From the NCBI GenBank assembly GCA_963762145.1, contig CAVXJS010000015.1, positions 224,001 to 288,000 on the forward strand: a stretch of 64,000 nucleotides of DNA, written 5' to 3'. Made by a program: the position numbers and the translations under genes. Shown here one piece after another: positions 54,002 through 64,000 of the stretch; the stretch's first letter is position 1, and each line of letters starts with the position of its first letter. The notes below the pieces were generated by a model, which saw only the letters and a list, made by a program, of their open reading frames with translations, was not told where the DNA came from and made no database searches. Origin of the DNA: an uncultured Candidatus Rokubacteria bacterium. GTDB lineage: Bacteria; Methylomirabilota; Methylomirabilia; Rokubacteriales; CSP1-6.

Positions 54002-54511
54002 ATGGCCTCCGTCGAGTACCGCGGGATGAACCTGGTGATCCCGGAGAACGACTCGGAGTGGCGCGAGCACTTCAAGCTCGCGCGCACGAGCCACCAGCTG
54101 ACGCTGCGCGCCTGCAAGGCGTGCGAGCTCATGCGCTACCCGCCGAGCCACGGCTGCCCCTGGTGCATGTCGCTCGAGTGGGAGCTGGAAGCGAGGTGAG
54201 CGGCCGCGGGCACATCTACTCCTACGAGGTCGTGCACCACGCGATCCAGCCCGGCTTCAAGGAGTGGACGCCCTACGCGGTGGTGCTGGTCGAGCTCGAC
54301 GAGCAGCGCGGCGCGCCGACCGAGCGACGAGGCGCTGCGCGTCATCGCGAACCTGGTGACGCCCGAGTTCCGGCCGGAGCCGGAGGCCAACGTGGCGATC
54401 GGCAAGCGGGTGCGCGTGGTCTTCCAGGACCTGGCGCCGGACTTCGCGCTGCCGCAGTTCACGCTGACCGACGAGCCGGCCGAGGGCCGCGTCTGGCGCT
54501 TCCCCGGCTAG
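54002..54511 (+). CDS. DUF35 Zn-ribbon/OB-fold protein (frameshifted)
   Basis: CKAC..YPPSHGCPWC; SGRGHIYSY; PYAVVLVELDEQ; IGKRVRVVF. Confidence 0.88.
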
Positions 54512-55268
54512 CGAGCGCTCCGAGGCCCAGCCACACCGCGCCCTGCACCAGGAGGTGCACGGCGAGCGCCAGCACGAAGGCGACGTCCCGCCCGAGGGGC
54601 ACCACGCCCACCGCCAGCACGAAGCAGAAGAACCCGAAGCTCCACATCGCGGGCAGGAACGCCCGCAGGAAGCCCACCGCGGCGGGCGCGCCCTGCTGCG
54701 CGTGGGTGAACGCGAGCAGGATCGTGGTGGCGATCGGAAACGGGGTGATCGCGCCGGAGAGCCGCGGGCCGAGCCACGTGGCGAGGCCGGTCACCGCGAG
54801 CACCAGCACCACCGACGCGCCCATACGCAGAGGCAGGTCCCAGACGGGCGCGGGAGGCGGGATCGGCGCGTCGGGCAGTGGCGGGAGCGTGAACGGCGCG
54901 ATGGCGAACGCGGCCAGCGCGAGCGCGAGCCCCGAGGCGGCCGTCCAGGTCACCGCCTGCAGCGCGACGGTCAGGAGCGCGAAGGCGATCCAGCCCACCA
55001 GCACGCACACCCACCACGGCCGCGCCACCGCGGTCCACGCGTAGATCACCGAGAAGGCGGCGACCGCGGCCAGCCCGGCCAGCGTGGCTTCCGCGGCTCT
55101 GGCCACGAACGCGTCGCCCTGCTCGAGAGCCAGGAAGAACAGCACCGGCCCCGCCACCATCGGCAGGGCGTTCAGCCAGCCGCCGAGCCGGGGCCCGAAG
55201 CGGCGACCGGCCAGCGTGACCAGGGCGATGAGCCCCGGCACCAGGATCAGCTTGAGAAGGAGCGTCAC
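54459..55268 (-). CDS. Hypothetical integral membrane protein (two-repeat)
   Basis: About 8-10 hydrophobic segments; repeated RRFGPRLGG / WLGPRLSG motif. Confidence 0.8.
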   Translation of the reverse strand: MTLLLKLILVPGLIALVTLAGRRFGPRLGGWLNALPMVAGPVLFFLALEQGDAFVARAAEATLAGLAAVAAFSVIYAWTAVARPWWVCVLVGWIAFALLTVALQAVTWTAASGLALALAAFAIAPFTLPPLPDAPIPPPAPVWDLPLRMGASVVLVLAVTGLATWLGPRLSGAITPFPIATTILLAFTHAQQGAPAAVGFLRAFLPAMWSFGFFCFVLAVGVVPLGRDVAFVLALAVHLLVQGAVWLGLGALASRGSARRGPRPARRSA

Positions 55269-55293
55269 CGCCGGGGCGGGCGCGCGGAGGGCC

Positions 55294-55956
55294 TCACGAC
55301 TTGCAGACGCGGAAGTTGGCGTAGTCGCCCTGCGCGCTGCTCTTGGTGTCGTCGGAGTCGGTGAGCACCGCGATCCCGCCCGGCTTGGGGACCTCGCTCA
55401 CCCCGAAGTACTTCTGGTAGTCCTCGAGGACGTTCACCCGCTCGTCGGTCCAGTGGCCCGCCTGGGAGCTGGATCGCAGGACGCGCACCTGGGTGCTGCC
55501 CGCGCTCGACGTGAGATGGGTGCCCGCCGGCACCACCCGGCTCCAGACGTACTTGACGGTCTTCGCCGAGATCGACGAGGTCGGGAAGACCGCGTACACC
55601 GACAGCGCGCTGTCGTTGGTGCTCGATTTCCGCTCGTCGGAGCCGGTGGGGAACTCGATGGGCCGCCACGACCAGGCCAGGATGGGATAGGCCTCGAGGT
55701 TCCAGCTCACCTCACGGCCGGCCTGGATGCCGATGCGGCGGGCGATGGCGCGGAGGAAGCGGCGCCCGTCCTCCTCCCGGACGGAGTAGACCGGCCGGCC
55801 CGAATCCTTGCGCGGTTTCCACTCCGGAGGGAACTCGCCGACGCGGCCCTGAGAGAAATCGTCCAGCGCGACGCAATCCGCCCCGAGCGCGGAGCCCGGC
55901 CCCGCGCCGAGCGAGGCGACCAGGAGGAGAAGCCCGATCAGCGCCCGCGACGCCAC
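55294..55956 (-). CDS. DUF3047 family periplasmic protein
   Basis: Signal peptide; PILAWSWR, VKYVWS, IAVLTDSDDT. Confidence 0.82.
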   Translation of the reverse strand: MASRALIGLLLLVASLGAGPGSALGADCVALDDFSQGRVGEFPPEWKPRKDSGRPVYSVREEDGRRFLRAIARRIGIQAGREVSWNLEAYPILAWSWRPIEFPTGSDERKSSTNDSALSVYAVFPTSSISAKTVKYVWSRVVPAGTHLTSSAGSTQVRVLRSSSQAGHWTDERVNVLEDYQKYFGVSEVPKPGGIAVLTDSDDTKSSAQGDYANFRVCKS

Positions 55957-57346
55957 CAGGAGTGAACCAGATGATCGACGACCTGGACGAGCTGTCCCAC
56001 CGTGCGGCACTCCTTCACGATGTCGCAGGCCGGCGAGTACAGGGGCATCACGCTGTCGCCGATCCCCCAGCCCCATTGCCCCTCGGGGTTCAGCCAGATG
56101 ATGCCCTTCACGCGCTCGCGGATCTGGCGGATGGCCCACGCCTGGGGGTCGTTGTAGTTGTTGCGCGCGTCGCCCAGGATCAGCACGGTGGTCTTGCGGT
56201 CGAGCGACTCGATCTCGGTGTGGCTGAAGCGGTTGAACGCATAGCCGAAATCGGAGCGGCAGTGGTAGTCCACCGAGGAGGACTTGAGCGCCCAGTCGAT
56301 CGCGGTGTCCACCGGGTACGTGCTGAAGGCCTGGGTGACCTCGGCGATCTCCGACACGAAGACGTAGGAGCGGACGCGGGAGAAGCAGTCCTGCAGGCTC
56401 CACACGAGCTGGAGCATGAAGCGGGAGGCATTGCGCACCGAGTCGGACACGTCGCAGAGCGTGATCAGCTTGGGCTTCTCGCGATGCCGCCGCCGGAAGC
56501 GCATCTCCATCGGGATCCCGCCGTACTGCAGGCTCTTGCGGATGGTGCGCCGCGAGTCGAGCCGGCCCTTCTCCTCCTGGCGCTGGCGCATCGCGAGGGC
56601 GTCCTTGATCTTGCGCGCGAGGCGGGCGACCACCGCCTTCATCTGCGCGACCTCGTCGGCGGACAGCGCGAAGAGCGGCTTGTCCGTCAGGACCTCGCGG
56701 GTGAGCTGCTCGCCCGCGCGCATGGCGCGGCGCTCGAGCTCGCGCTCCACGTGCTGGCGGATCATGCTGCGGAAGGCCTCGAGGCGCAGGTCGAGATAGT
56801 TGCGGATGCGCGCGAGCATGCCCGGGTCGATCCCCTTGGCCTCGAGCATCTGCATGATGCGGCACAGGTCGCGCTCGATCGCCTCCCAGTCGAACTTGTC
56901 GTAGATGCGGCGGGAGAAGTAGCCGGTCTGCAGGAAGTACATCAGACGCTCGAGCCCGGCGGTCTGGCCCTCCTGCCGGATGGCCATCTCCATGTCGCTG
57001 CCCTCGCCCCGCATCAGCAGCTCGGTGAGCTCGTCGATCTCGAGGCCCTCTTCGGACATCAGGCGGTCGAGCATCTCCTGGATGCTCGGGTCCTCCGGGC
57101 CGAGGGCCTTCTTGAGCCGCTGCCGAGCGCCTGGAGGTCGAGGAAGTAGAGGTCGAAGATCCGGTCGAAGGTCGCGTAGTCGCGCGACTCCTTGACGAGC
57201 GTGGTGGCGAGCGCGGACTTGAACGTCTCGCCGCTCTCCAGCCCGATCTCCGTCGAGGCGGCGAGCGCGTCGAGCGCCTCGCTGGGCGAGATGCGCATCT
57301 CGGCCCTCCGCAGGTCGCCGATGAACTCGAGGATTCGCTGGTCCAT
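55938..57346 (-). CDS. VWA domain CoxE-like protein (one frameshift ~57125)
   Basis: MDQRILEFIGDLRRA start; LCDVSDSV MIDAS, ILGDARNN, WLNPE. Confidence 0.9.
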
Positions 57347-57907
57347 TTATCGCGTGAAGTGGACCCAGGAGGACTTGAAGACGTCCTCGCCGCCGTCCCG
57401 GCTGATGGGATGCAGGCGCCCGTCCTCGAGGCGAATCAGGCCGTGGAAGGAGCCGTGGCAGATCAGATGCGTCATCTCGAGCTTCCATCCGAGCGGGCCG
57501 GCGGGCGCGTCTTCGTCCCGTTCCGTCGCGTGCGACACATCGGTCACGTCGCCGACCAGGTGGAGCACCCGCACCGGCCCCTCGGCGCAGCGCAGGCCGA
57601 GCACCACCTTGTAGGCGAGGCCCTGGCGGAAGGTCTCCACCGTCATCTCGCCCGGGTGCAGGAGATGCGGTACCGCCTCCGGCATGGTCGCGAGGTAAAA
57701 GTCACGCGGCGCCGGGTGCACGTAGTAGAAGTGCCAGCGTCCCGCCGCGGAGATCCAGAGCTTGGTGTACTCGCCGAGCGCGCCCGAGAGGCAGCGCCCC
57801 CCTTCGATGAACACGGGACCCGACGGCCCCAGCTCCGGCAGCCGGATGCGCGGGCTCGGGAACCAGAGCTCGCGAAACTCGGTGAGGCCGGATGGGCTCC
57901 CGCTCAT
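57347..57907 (-). CDS. Hypothetical protein within the MoxR-VWA operon
   Basis: Abuts both neighbours (6 nt and 0 nt gaps); protein-like composition. Confidence 0.7.
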   Translation of the reverse strand: MSGSPSGLTEFRELWFPSPRIRLPELGPSGPVFIEGGRCLSGALGEYTKLWISAAGRWHFYYVHPAPRDFYLATMPEAVPHLLHPGEMTVETFRQGLAYKVVLGLRCAEGPVRVLHLVGDVTDVSHATERDEDAPAGPLGWKLEMTHLICHGSFHGLIRLEDGRLHPISRDGGEDVFKSSWVHFTR

Positions 57908-57913
57908 GGGCGA

Positions 57914-58828
57914 CTAGCCCAGGTCGGCCAGCACCTTGTCGAGCGCGCCCTTGACCCGCTCGAGGTCCTTCTCGTGCTTGACGAGCATCGTGAGCGTGGA
58001 CTCGACCAGGTCGCGGTCGAGCGCTTCGGCGTTCAGGATGACGAGCGAGCGCGCCCAGTCGAGGCTCTCGGAGACGGACGGCGCCTTGCGCAGCTCGAGC
58101 CCGCGGATGCGCTGCACCGCGGTGACGACCGTCTGGGCCAGGCGCTCGGAGACCTCCGGGACCTTCAGCCGAATGATCGCGAGCTCCTCGTCGGCGGGCG
58201 GAAAGTCGATGAAGAGATGCAGGCAGCGGCGCTTGAGGCCGTCGGACAGCTCGCGCGCATTGTTCGACGTGAGCACGACCAGCGGGATGTTCTTGGCCCG
58301 GATCGTGCCGAGCTCGGGCACCGAGACCTGGAAGTCGGAGAGAACTTCCAGCAGGAATGCCTCGAACTCGGGCTCCGCCTTGTCGATCTCGTCGATCAGG
58401 AGCACGACCGGATCGGCGGACTCGATCGCCTGCAGCAGCGGGCGCGGGGCCAGGAAGCGATGAGAGAAGAAGGCGTCGTCCTGGCCCGAGATGCGGGCGA
58501 CCGCGTCGGGCAGCGACGGGGCGTCCGCGATCAGCTCGCCGATGCGCTCCTTCAGGAGCTGGGTGTAGAGCAGCTGCTTGGCGTACTTCCACTCGTAGAG
58601 CGCCTTGCCCTCGTCGAGCCCCTCGTAGCACTGCAGGCGGATGAGGTGCCGCCCGGTCATCTCGGCGAGCGTCTTGGCCAGCTCCGTCTTGCCCACGCCC
58701 GCCGGTCCTTCGATGAGCACGGGACGGCCCATGCGCGCGGCGAGGAAGACCACGGTCGAGATGCGACGGTTGGCGATGTAGCGGGCATTCTTGAACTGCT
58801 GCTGGACGTCCTCGACGGACTGGAACAT
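57914..58828 (-). CDS. MoxR-family AAA+ ATPase (CoxD-like)
   Basis: EGPAGVGKTE, RLQCYEGLD, LIDEIDK, LSDGLKRRC. Confidence 0.94.
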   Translation of the reverse strand: MFQSVEDVQQQFKNARYIANRRISTVVFLAARMGRPVLIEGPAGVGKTELAKTLAEMTGRHLIRLQCYEGLDEGKALYEWKYAKQLLYTQLLKERIGELIADAPSLPDAVARISGQDDAFFSHRFLAPRPLLQAIESADPVVLLIDEIDKAEPEFEAFLLEVLSDFQVSVPELGTIRAKNIPLVVLTSNNARELSDGLKRRCLHLFIDFPPADEELAIIRLKVPEVSERLAQTVVTAVQRIRGLELRKAPSVSESLDWARSLVILNAEALDRDLVESTLTMLVKHEKDLERVKGALDKVLADLG

Positions 58829-58916
58829 GGCGGCTCCCTGAGTGAGAATTGGGCGCCAGTGTAGCACAATGCCCGCGGCGGTTGGCCGCCCGGGCCGACG
58901 GTGGGACACTCGTGGC

Positions 58917-60045
58917 ATGGCCCCGACCCCGGCGCCCGAGGACGGCGCCCGCGCGCGCGTCTACCACCGTCGCCAGCTCGCCCTCTCGCTGCTCGGACTG
59001 GCCCTCTCGATCGCCTATCTGATCGCGCTCATCGCGACGCGGGCGGCGGCGCATCTGGCCGACCAGGTGGCGCGATGGACCACGCATCTGGTGGCTCGAG
59101 CTCGGTATCGTCCTGCTCGTCCTCGCCGGCGCGTACCGCCTTCTGACCCTCCCGCTGCACTGGCTCGGCGGGTACTGGCTGCCGCGCCGCTTCGGGCTGC
59201 TGCACCAGCCGTTCCGGCGCTGGCTCTGGGACGCGGTGAAGGCGGCGCTGATCGGCGCGGCACTGGGCCTGCTGGCGGTGCTGGCCATCTATGCGCTGCT
59301 GCGCGTGACACCCTGGTGGTGGCTCTGGGGCGCCGCCATCTTCCTCGCCGGCTATACCCTCCTCGCCCTGGTCGCCCCGATCTGGCTCGTGCCGCTCTTC
59401 TACCGCCTGACCCCGCTCCCGGACGGGGACCTGCTCGCGCGACTGCTCGCGCTCGCGCGCCGGGTCGGGGTGCCGGTGACCGGCGTGTTCGTCGTGGACC
59501 AGTCGCGCAAGAGCCGCACCGCGAACGCGGCGGTGACCGGCCTGGGCCGCACCCGGCGAATCCTGCTCTTCGACACCCTGCTCGACCAGTTCACCGCGGA
59601 GGAGATCGAGGCGGTGCTCGCGCACGAGCTGGCGCATCAGCTCCACGGCGACATCCGCCGCGGGCTCCTGGTCCAGGGCGCGCTCACCCTCGTCACCTTC
59701 TGGATCGCCGATCTCGCGCTGGGGTGGGGCGTGGGGTGGCTCGGCCTCGCCGGCCCCGCAGATATCGCGGGACTGCCGCTCTTCGGCCTGATCCTGGTCC
59801 TCGTGAGCCTTGCCGCGTTACCGGTCGCCAACGGCTGGTCCCGCCGGGTCGAGTGGCAGGCCGACCGGTTCGCGCTCGAGACGATCGCCGACCCGCCCGC
59901 CTTCATCGGGTCCATGGAGCGGCTGGCCACCCTCAATCTGGCCGAGCGCGACCCTCATCGCCTCGAGGAGTTCTTCCTCTACTCCCATCCGGCGATCGCG
60001 CGCCGGATTGCCCACGCGCGGCAGTTTCATCACGGTCTGACCTGA
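58917..60045 (+). CDS. M48 family (Ste24-like) zinc metalloprotease (frameshift ~59090)
   Basis: ANAAVTGLG, VLAHELAH, EWQAD, YSHP. Confidence 0.92.
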
Positions 60046-60139
60046 CAGTGTGTCGGGAGCGTATCGCTCGCGCCTCCCAGGGACCTTCGGGGTTGAATCT
60101 AAATAGTTGTTATACATGGTATTATTGATTCGGGCGCCA

Positions 60140-60154
60140 TGGCACTTCGATTGC
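60140..60154 (+). promoter_or_regulatory. Putative sigma-54 promoter with an AT-rich upstream tract
   Basis: TGGCACTTCGATTGC (GG-N10-GC); AT-rich 60093-60130. Confidence 0.7.
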
Positions 60155-60188
60155 TTGGTACGGAGAAACGCTTCGACGTAAACAGGCA

Positions 60189-61517
60189 ATGGGGAGCCGA
60201 GACGAACTTTCAATGGCCCGAGTCAACAACCGCGGACTAGGCGGCGCGACGTCGCTGATCCGTCACCTGCAGATTCTTCGCACGGTGACCGAGGCAGTGA
60301 GCCGCTCGCTCGACCTCAACGAGGTCATCCAGAAGTCGCTGGGCGCGCTCACGCACGTCACCGGCCACGAGATCGCGAGCCTTCACCTCGTCTCCTCCGA
60401 CGGCAAGACGCTCCTGCTGCGCGGTGAACGCGGCCTCTCGGAGCGCCTGCGCGAGGTCAACGAGATGCTGCCCATCGGCCAGGGCCTCATCGGCCGGGTG
60501 GCCGCCTCCGGGCGCGTGCGGCGCGTGGACGAGGCTGGGCGGGCCAACGACCTCCTGCCCGCCGCGCGGGCCGCGGTGACCGCCGACGGGATCCGCGGCT
60601 TCCTGTGCGTGCCGATCCGCGCGCGCCACCGGATCCTGGGAACGCTCTCGCTCGGCCGGCAGACCGAGGACCGCTTCAGCAACGAGGAGGTCGCGCTGCT
60701 GGAGTCGAGCGCCGACCAGATCGGCCTGGCCCTGGACAACGCGCGCCTGTACACCGAGACGCGCCTGCAGCTCGAGGAGCTGCGCCGCTCGCACACCGAC
60801 GTGGTGCGGGCCGAGCGGCTGGCCGCGGTCGGCGAGCTGGCGGGCGGCGTCGCGCACGAGATCAACAACCCGCTCATGATCATCCTGGGCCAGGTGCACC
60901 TGCTGCTGCAGTCCCAGGACCACGACGCGGTCCTCACCGGGCTCAAGGTCATCGACGGAGCCACCAAGCGCGCGGCCAACATCGTGCGGGAGCTGGTGCT
61001 CTTCGCCGAGCGCTCGCCCCTGCGCCGCGCGCGCTGCAAGGTCAGCGACCAGATCTACAAGGTGCTCTCCCTGCACCAGTCGCGCCTCGAGGGCGCCCAC
61101 ATCACGGTGCAGACCGAGTTCGAGGAAGTGCCGGAGATCTGGGCCGACAGCAATCAGCTCCAGGAGGCGCTCTTCCACCTGGTGCAGAACGCCGAGCAGG
61201 CGATGTCCACCGCCCGCGGCTCCGGCACCCTCGCGATCCGGGTGCGCCCGGGGAGCGACGGGGGCGTGCGCATCGAGGTCTCCGATGATGGGCCGGGCGT
61301 GGCGCCCGACGATCTGGCCCGCGTCTTCAATCCGTTCTTCACGACCAAGGCGCCCGGCGAAGGCCGAGGCCTGGGCCTGTCGGTCGCCCACAGCGTGGTC
61401 GCGGAGCACGAGGGGCGCCTCTGGGCCGAGAACCGGCCCGGCGGCGGTGCGATGTTCGTGATCGAGCTGCCCGCCGGCGTTCCGGTCGTCGATCCCGCTC
61501 TCAGCCCGTCCTCCTGA
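60189..61517 (+). CDS. GAF-domain sensor histidine kinase
   Basis: GAF; VAHEINNPL, LVQNA, DDGPG, FNPFFTTK, GRGLGL; alternative ATG at 60213. Confidence 0.95.
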   Translation: MGSRDELSMARVNNRGLGGATSLIRHLQILRTVTEAVSRSLDLNEVIQKSLGALTHVTGHEIASLHLVSSDGKTLLLRGERGLSERLREVNEMLPIGQGLIGRVAASGRVRRVDEAGRANDLLPAARAAVTADGIRGFLCVPIRARHRILGTLSLGRQTEDRFSNEEVALLESSADQIGLALDNARLYTETRLQLEELRRSHTDVVRAERLAAVGELAGGVAHEINNPLMIILGQVHLLLQSQDHDAVLTGLKVIDGATKRAANIVRELVLFAERSPLRRARCKVSDQIYKVLSLHQSRLEGAHITVQTEFEEVPEIWADSNQLQEALFHLVQNAEQAMSTARGSGTLAIRVRPGSDGGVRIEVSDDGPGVAPDDLARVFNPFFTTKAPGEGRGLGLSVAHSVVAEHEGRLWAENRPGGGAMFVIELPAGVPVVDPALSPSS

Positions 61518-61551
61518 TCCGTCCGCTCCCGTCGCCCGCGCCCGCGGGCCC

Positions 61552-61764
61552 GTGGTACTCTGCTTCCTCGTGCGATCCGTAATTCTCGTTCGAACCGTCA
61601 TCTCGCTGGGCGCGGCGCTGACCCTGGCAGCCTGCGGTACCGTCGAGGGCCCGCGGCGCGCCTCGGACTCGGCGACCAGTCGCTGCACGAGCCAGCCGGG
61701 CCGCGGCAGCTCGGTCGACGAGAACCGGCCGATCTTCTTGCTGTTCTGCTCTGAATCGCCCTGA
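61552..61764 (+). CDS. Small lipoprotein
   Basis: Lipobox LAAC; ends RPIFLLFCSESP; start uncertain. Confidence 0.55.
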   Translation: MVLCFLVRSVILVRTVISLGAALTLAACGTVEGPRRASDSATSRCTSQPGRGSSVDENRPIFLLFCSESP

Positions 61765-61791
61765 GTCCGGTCGGGGCGCGACGGGGACCGG

Positions 61792-61995
61792 CTACCGCCG
61801 AGGCGGCCAGTAGCGCGCGAGCCCCAGGCGCAGGGCGAGGATCCAGGCCAGCGCGCCCATGATCAGCCAGAAGAGCGCGGCGACCAGCTCGCCGGTCAGC
61901 TGCATCCGCTCGAAATGGGGCCAGACCCACCAGAGACCGAAGAGCAGAGCTCCGAGCCAGACCAGCATCAGCAGGGCCCACAGGTAGGCGAGCAT
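61792..61995 (-). CDS. Small two-TM membrane protein
   Basis: Two hydrophobic helices; GGAGG upstream. Confidence 0.65.
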   Translation of the reverse strand: MLAYLWALLMLVWLGALLFGLWWVWPHFERMQLTGELVAALFWLIMGALAWILALRLGLARYWPPRR

Positions 61996-62004
61996 CGGGA
62001 TGGA

Positions 62005-62040
62005 CCTCCCGGACGGCCCGGATCGGGGCCGTCCGGGAGG
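62005..62040. repeat. Perfect 15-bp inverted repeat (GC-rich hairpin) between the transporter and the small membrane gene
   Basis: cctcccggacggccc-6 nt-gggccgtccgggagg. Confidence 0.85.
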
Positions 62041-62047
62041 AGAGCGC

Positions 62048-63535
62048 TTATCCGCCGAACCGCTTGGCGATCTCGCCCGGCAGCACGGTGACCGCCCAGA
62101 AGCCGACGCCGCCGAACCCGGTGACGACCGTGATCCAGAGCAGCCACGTGTTGAGCGTGCTCACCTTGAATCCGTCCGGCAGACGCCGGTTGTTCAGCAA
62201 GAGGATCTGCCACGCGCCGATCGACCGGTAGACCAGCGCGGAGATCGCGACGCCGATCCACAGGATGAACGGCTGGGCCACCGTGATCAGGTAGAAGCCG
62301 GCCGCGACCGCGGCCGTCACCACCACGAAATAGTAAAAGCGGTACGGACGGCGGGCCCGCCCGGTGACCGCGATGGCGTCGCAGGTCGTGCGCCCGATGT
62401 AGGTGTCGTAGAACGGGAACTGCGCGTCGTACAGCGTCACCATGATGAACACCAGCATGAGCCAGCCCGCCATCGGCCCGAGCACACCCGTGGCGATGGT
62501 GGCCATCTGGATCGGCACCGCGACGCCGGACGGGACGTTCCCGGTCTTGAGGAAATCCTCGTGGAGGTAGGCGAGCCCGCACACCGAGTAGAGGTAGGTC
62601 ATGATGAGGCCACCGATGATGGCCCACCACAGGATCAGGCTGTAGCCGCCGACCTTCACCCACTGGGTCATCTTGCGGCGCTCCTCGGGGTCGGCACTGT
62701 CCCAGCGCAGCTCCTGCGCCGTGATGTTCTCCGGCGGCTTGAGCACGCCGGTGACTTGGCCGGCGTACTTGCCCATCCCGAAGCCTGCCGCGATCACCCA
62801 GAAGCTCACCCACATCAGGCTGCCGCCGGGCTGGTTGAAGAGCGCCAGCGCGTCGGTCTTGGGCAAGGCGGCCGGGTAGCCTTCGAGGGCGAAGGTGATC
62901 CCGAGATATCCCATCAGGACCTGCCAGTAGTGCTGCGGCTTGGCCGCGATGACGGTGACGGCCAGCACCAGCACGATGTTCGCGAACATGACGAAGGTGA
63001 AGAATTTCGACAGGAAGTTGTACGTCCGGTCCGAGAAGTAGAAGACGACCAGGACCGCGAGCAGCGCCACCACCGCCCAGATGTAGTGCGGGGGCAGCCC
63101 GAAGATCGGGGGGTTGCCGATACCGGTGAACCGGTGGGCCGCGATCACCGCTCCGCCCATCCAGGCCGGCCACGCGAAGGTCGCGATGGAGACCACCGCC
63201 CAGAACCAGGGCCAGAAGCCGAACGGCTTGAGGTCGTTGGTGGCCGCGAAGAACGAGCGCCCGGTGCAGACGCTGTACTTGATGCATTCGTAGACGAGCG
63301 CGGTCTCGAGGACGACCGAGATCGTCATCAGCCAGTGCATGTGCAGCGTGCCGCGGGCGGCGACGTTCGGCAACAGGTAGGCCTCGCCGCCTCCGATCGA
63401 GATCCCGAAGTTGATGGCCTGCGGGCCGAGGGCGGCCAGCATGCCCGCAAGGGTCAGAGGAAAGGGATCCGGAACCTTGTGGATCACGCGATCATCGGTG
63501 GCGGCGGCACCCGCCGTGTCCATTACTCGTGCCAT
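62048..63535 (-). CDS. Nramp-family-like (APC fold) membrane transporter
   Basis: ALGPQAINFGISIGGGE N-terminal motif, KYSVCTGRSFF, about 11 TM; substrate unknown. Confidence 0.8.
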   Translation of the reverse strand: MARVMDTAGAAATDDRVIHKVPDPFPLTLAGMLAALGPQAINFGISIGGGEAYLLPNVAARGTLHMHWLMTISVVLETALVYECIKYSVCTGRSFFAATNDLKPFGFWPWFWAVVSIATFAWPAWMGGAVIAAHRFTGIGNPPIFGLPPHYIWAVVALLAVLVVFYFSDRTYNFLSKFFTFVMFANIVLVLAVTVIAAKPQHYWQVLMGYLGITFALEGYPAALPKTDALALFNQPGGSLMWVSFWVIAAGFGMGKYAGQVTGVLKPPENITAQELRWDSADPEERRKMTQWVKVGGYSLILWWAIIGGLIMTYLYSVCGLAYLHEDFLKTGNVPSGVAVPIQMATIATGVLGPMAGWLMLVFIMVTLYDAQFPFYDTYIGRTTCDAIAVTGRARRPYRFYYFVVVTAAVAAGFYLITVAQPFILWIGVAISALVYRSIGAWQILLLNNRRLPDGFKVSTLNTWLLWITVVTGFGGVGFWAVTVLPGEIAKRFGG

Positions 63536-63842
63536 CGAGTCCTCCCTTCCGGGGCCACTGGTGCGCTCCGGGCGCGCGCGTCATTGCCCGCGCCGGGGCA
63601 GACACACGACGGGTCCCGGGGGAGGGCCGCGAGAAACAGATCTCGGCGGGCCGCCATCGAGGTGGCGGGCGAGGGCGAGGAAGAGCGGTCCGAGAACCCG
63701 ATGCAGGAGCAAGAACGCCTCCCCAGAAAGGGCCGGATGGTCTCGCCGAGGTCGCGGCGAGTCTAGGAGCGGGTCCGCGTCTTGTCAAGGACCGGCGAGG
63801 AGGGTATGCTCGCGCCGTTCCGATCCCATCGTGGAGGCCCCC

Positions 63843-64000
63843 ATGACCACCGTCAAGGATTCCATCTCGCAGGCCGTCGACCGCCTGGGCGACGAGCTCG
63901 AAGCCCTCTCCCGCCAGATCCACGATCATCCCGAGCTGGCCTATGAAGAGGTGAAGGCCTGCGGCTGGCTCAGCGACTTCCTCGCCAGCGCAGGGCTACA
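63843..64000 (+). CDS. M20 family amidohydrolase (3' end outside window)
   Basis: RBS GGAGG; LSRQIHDHPELAYEEVKA motif. Confidence 0.85.
   Translation, partial: MTTVKDSISQAVDRLGDELEALSRQIHDHPELAYEEVKACGWLSDFLASAGL

Overview
High-GC bacterial chromosomal window. The paralog families present (class III cyclase-AAA-TPR protein, ABC substrate-binding protein ending LKTAKALGLTIPPSLLQRADQVIE, many small orphan lipoproteins) suggest Candidatus Rokubacteria/Methylomirabilota; this is inference, not a database result. About 1-33.3 kb is a mosaic accessory region: ECF sigma/zinc anti-sigma/dihaem cytochrome c module, PEP-CTERM protein, a phage-like string of tiny genes with rtcB and a histone-like basic protein, an 8.7-kb cyclic beta-1,2-glucan synthase with two ABC transporters, a ferritin-like gene, a cyclase + substrate-binding-protein cassette bracketed by a ~600-bp direct repeat of a sigma-54 activator 3' end, and a methyltransferase. 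About 33.4-64 kb is core-like: DegP/Q, tilS, moaD-moaE, iscA-type, SDR-folE-2xPTPS-GT4 pterin operon, tRNA-Met, Fur-rubrerythrin-FeS oxidoreductase-DUF3501, uvrA, thiolase/DUF35, MoxR/VWA, M48 peptidase, kinases, Nramp-like transporter, M20 hydrolase. Many genes between ~37.9 and 59.1 kb carry single-base frameshifts that look like sequencing indels. Best novelty candidates: (i) a 42-bp substrate-binding-protein gene tail occurring three times, twice as an orphan scar next to accessory cargo; (ii) the ~600-bp repeat-bounded cassette with no integrase; (iii) a cyanobacterial-type tetrahydrobiopterin-glycoside operon; (iv) a stand-alone rtcB in a decayed phage-like operon. No CRISPR array, rRNA, transposase or integrase gene was seen.
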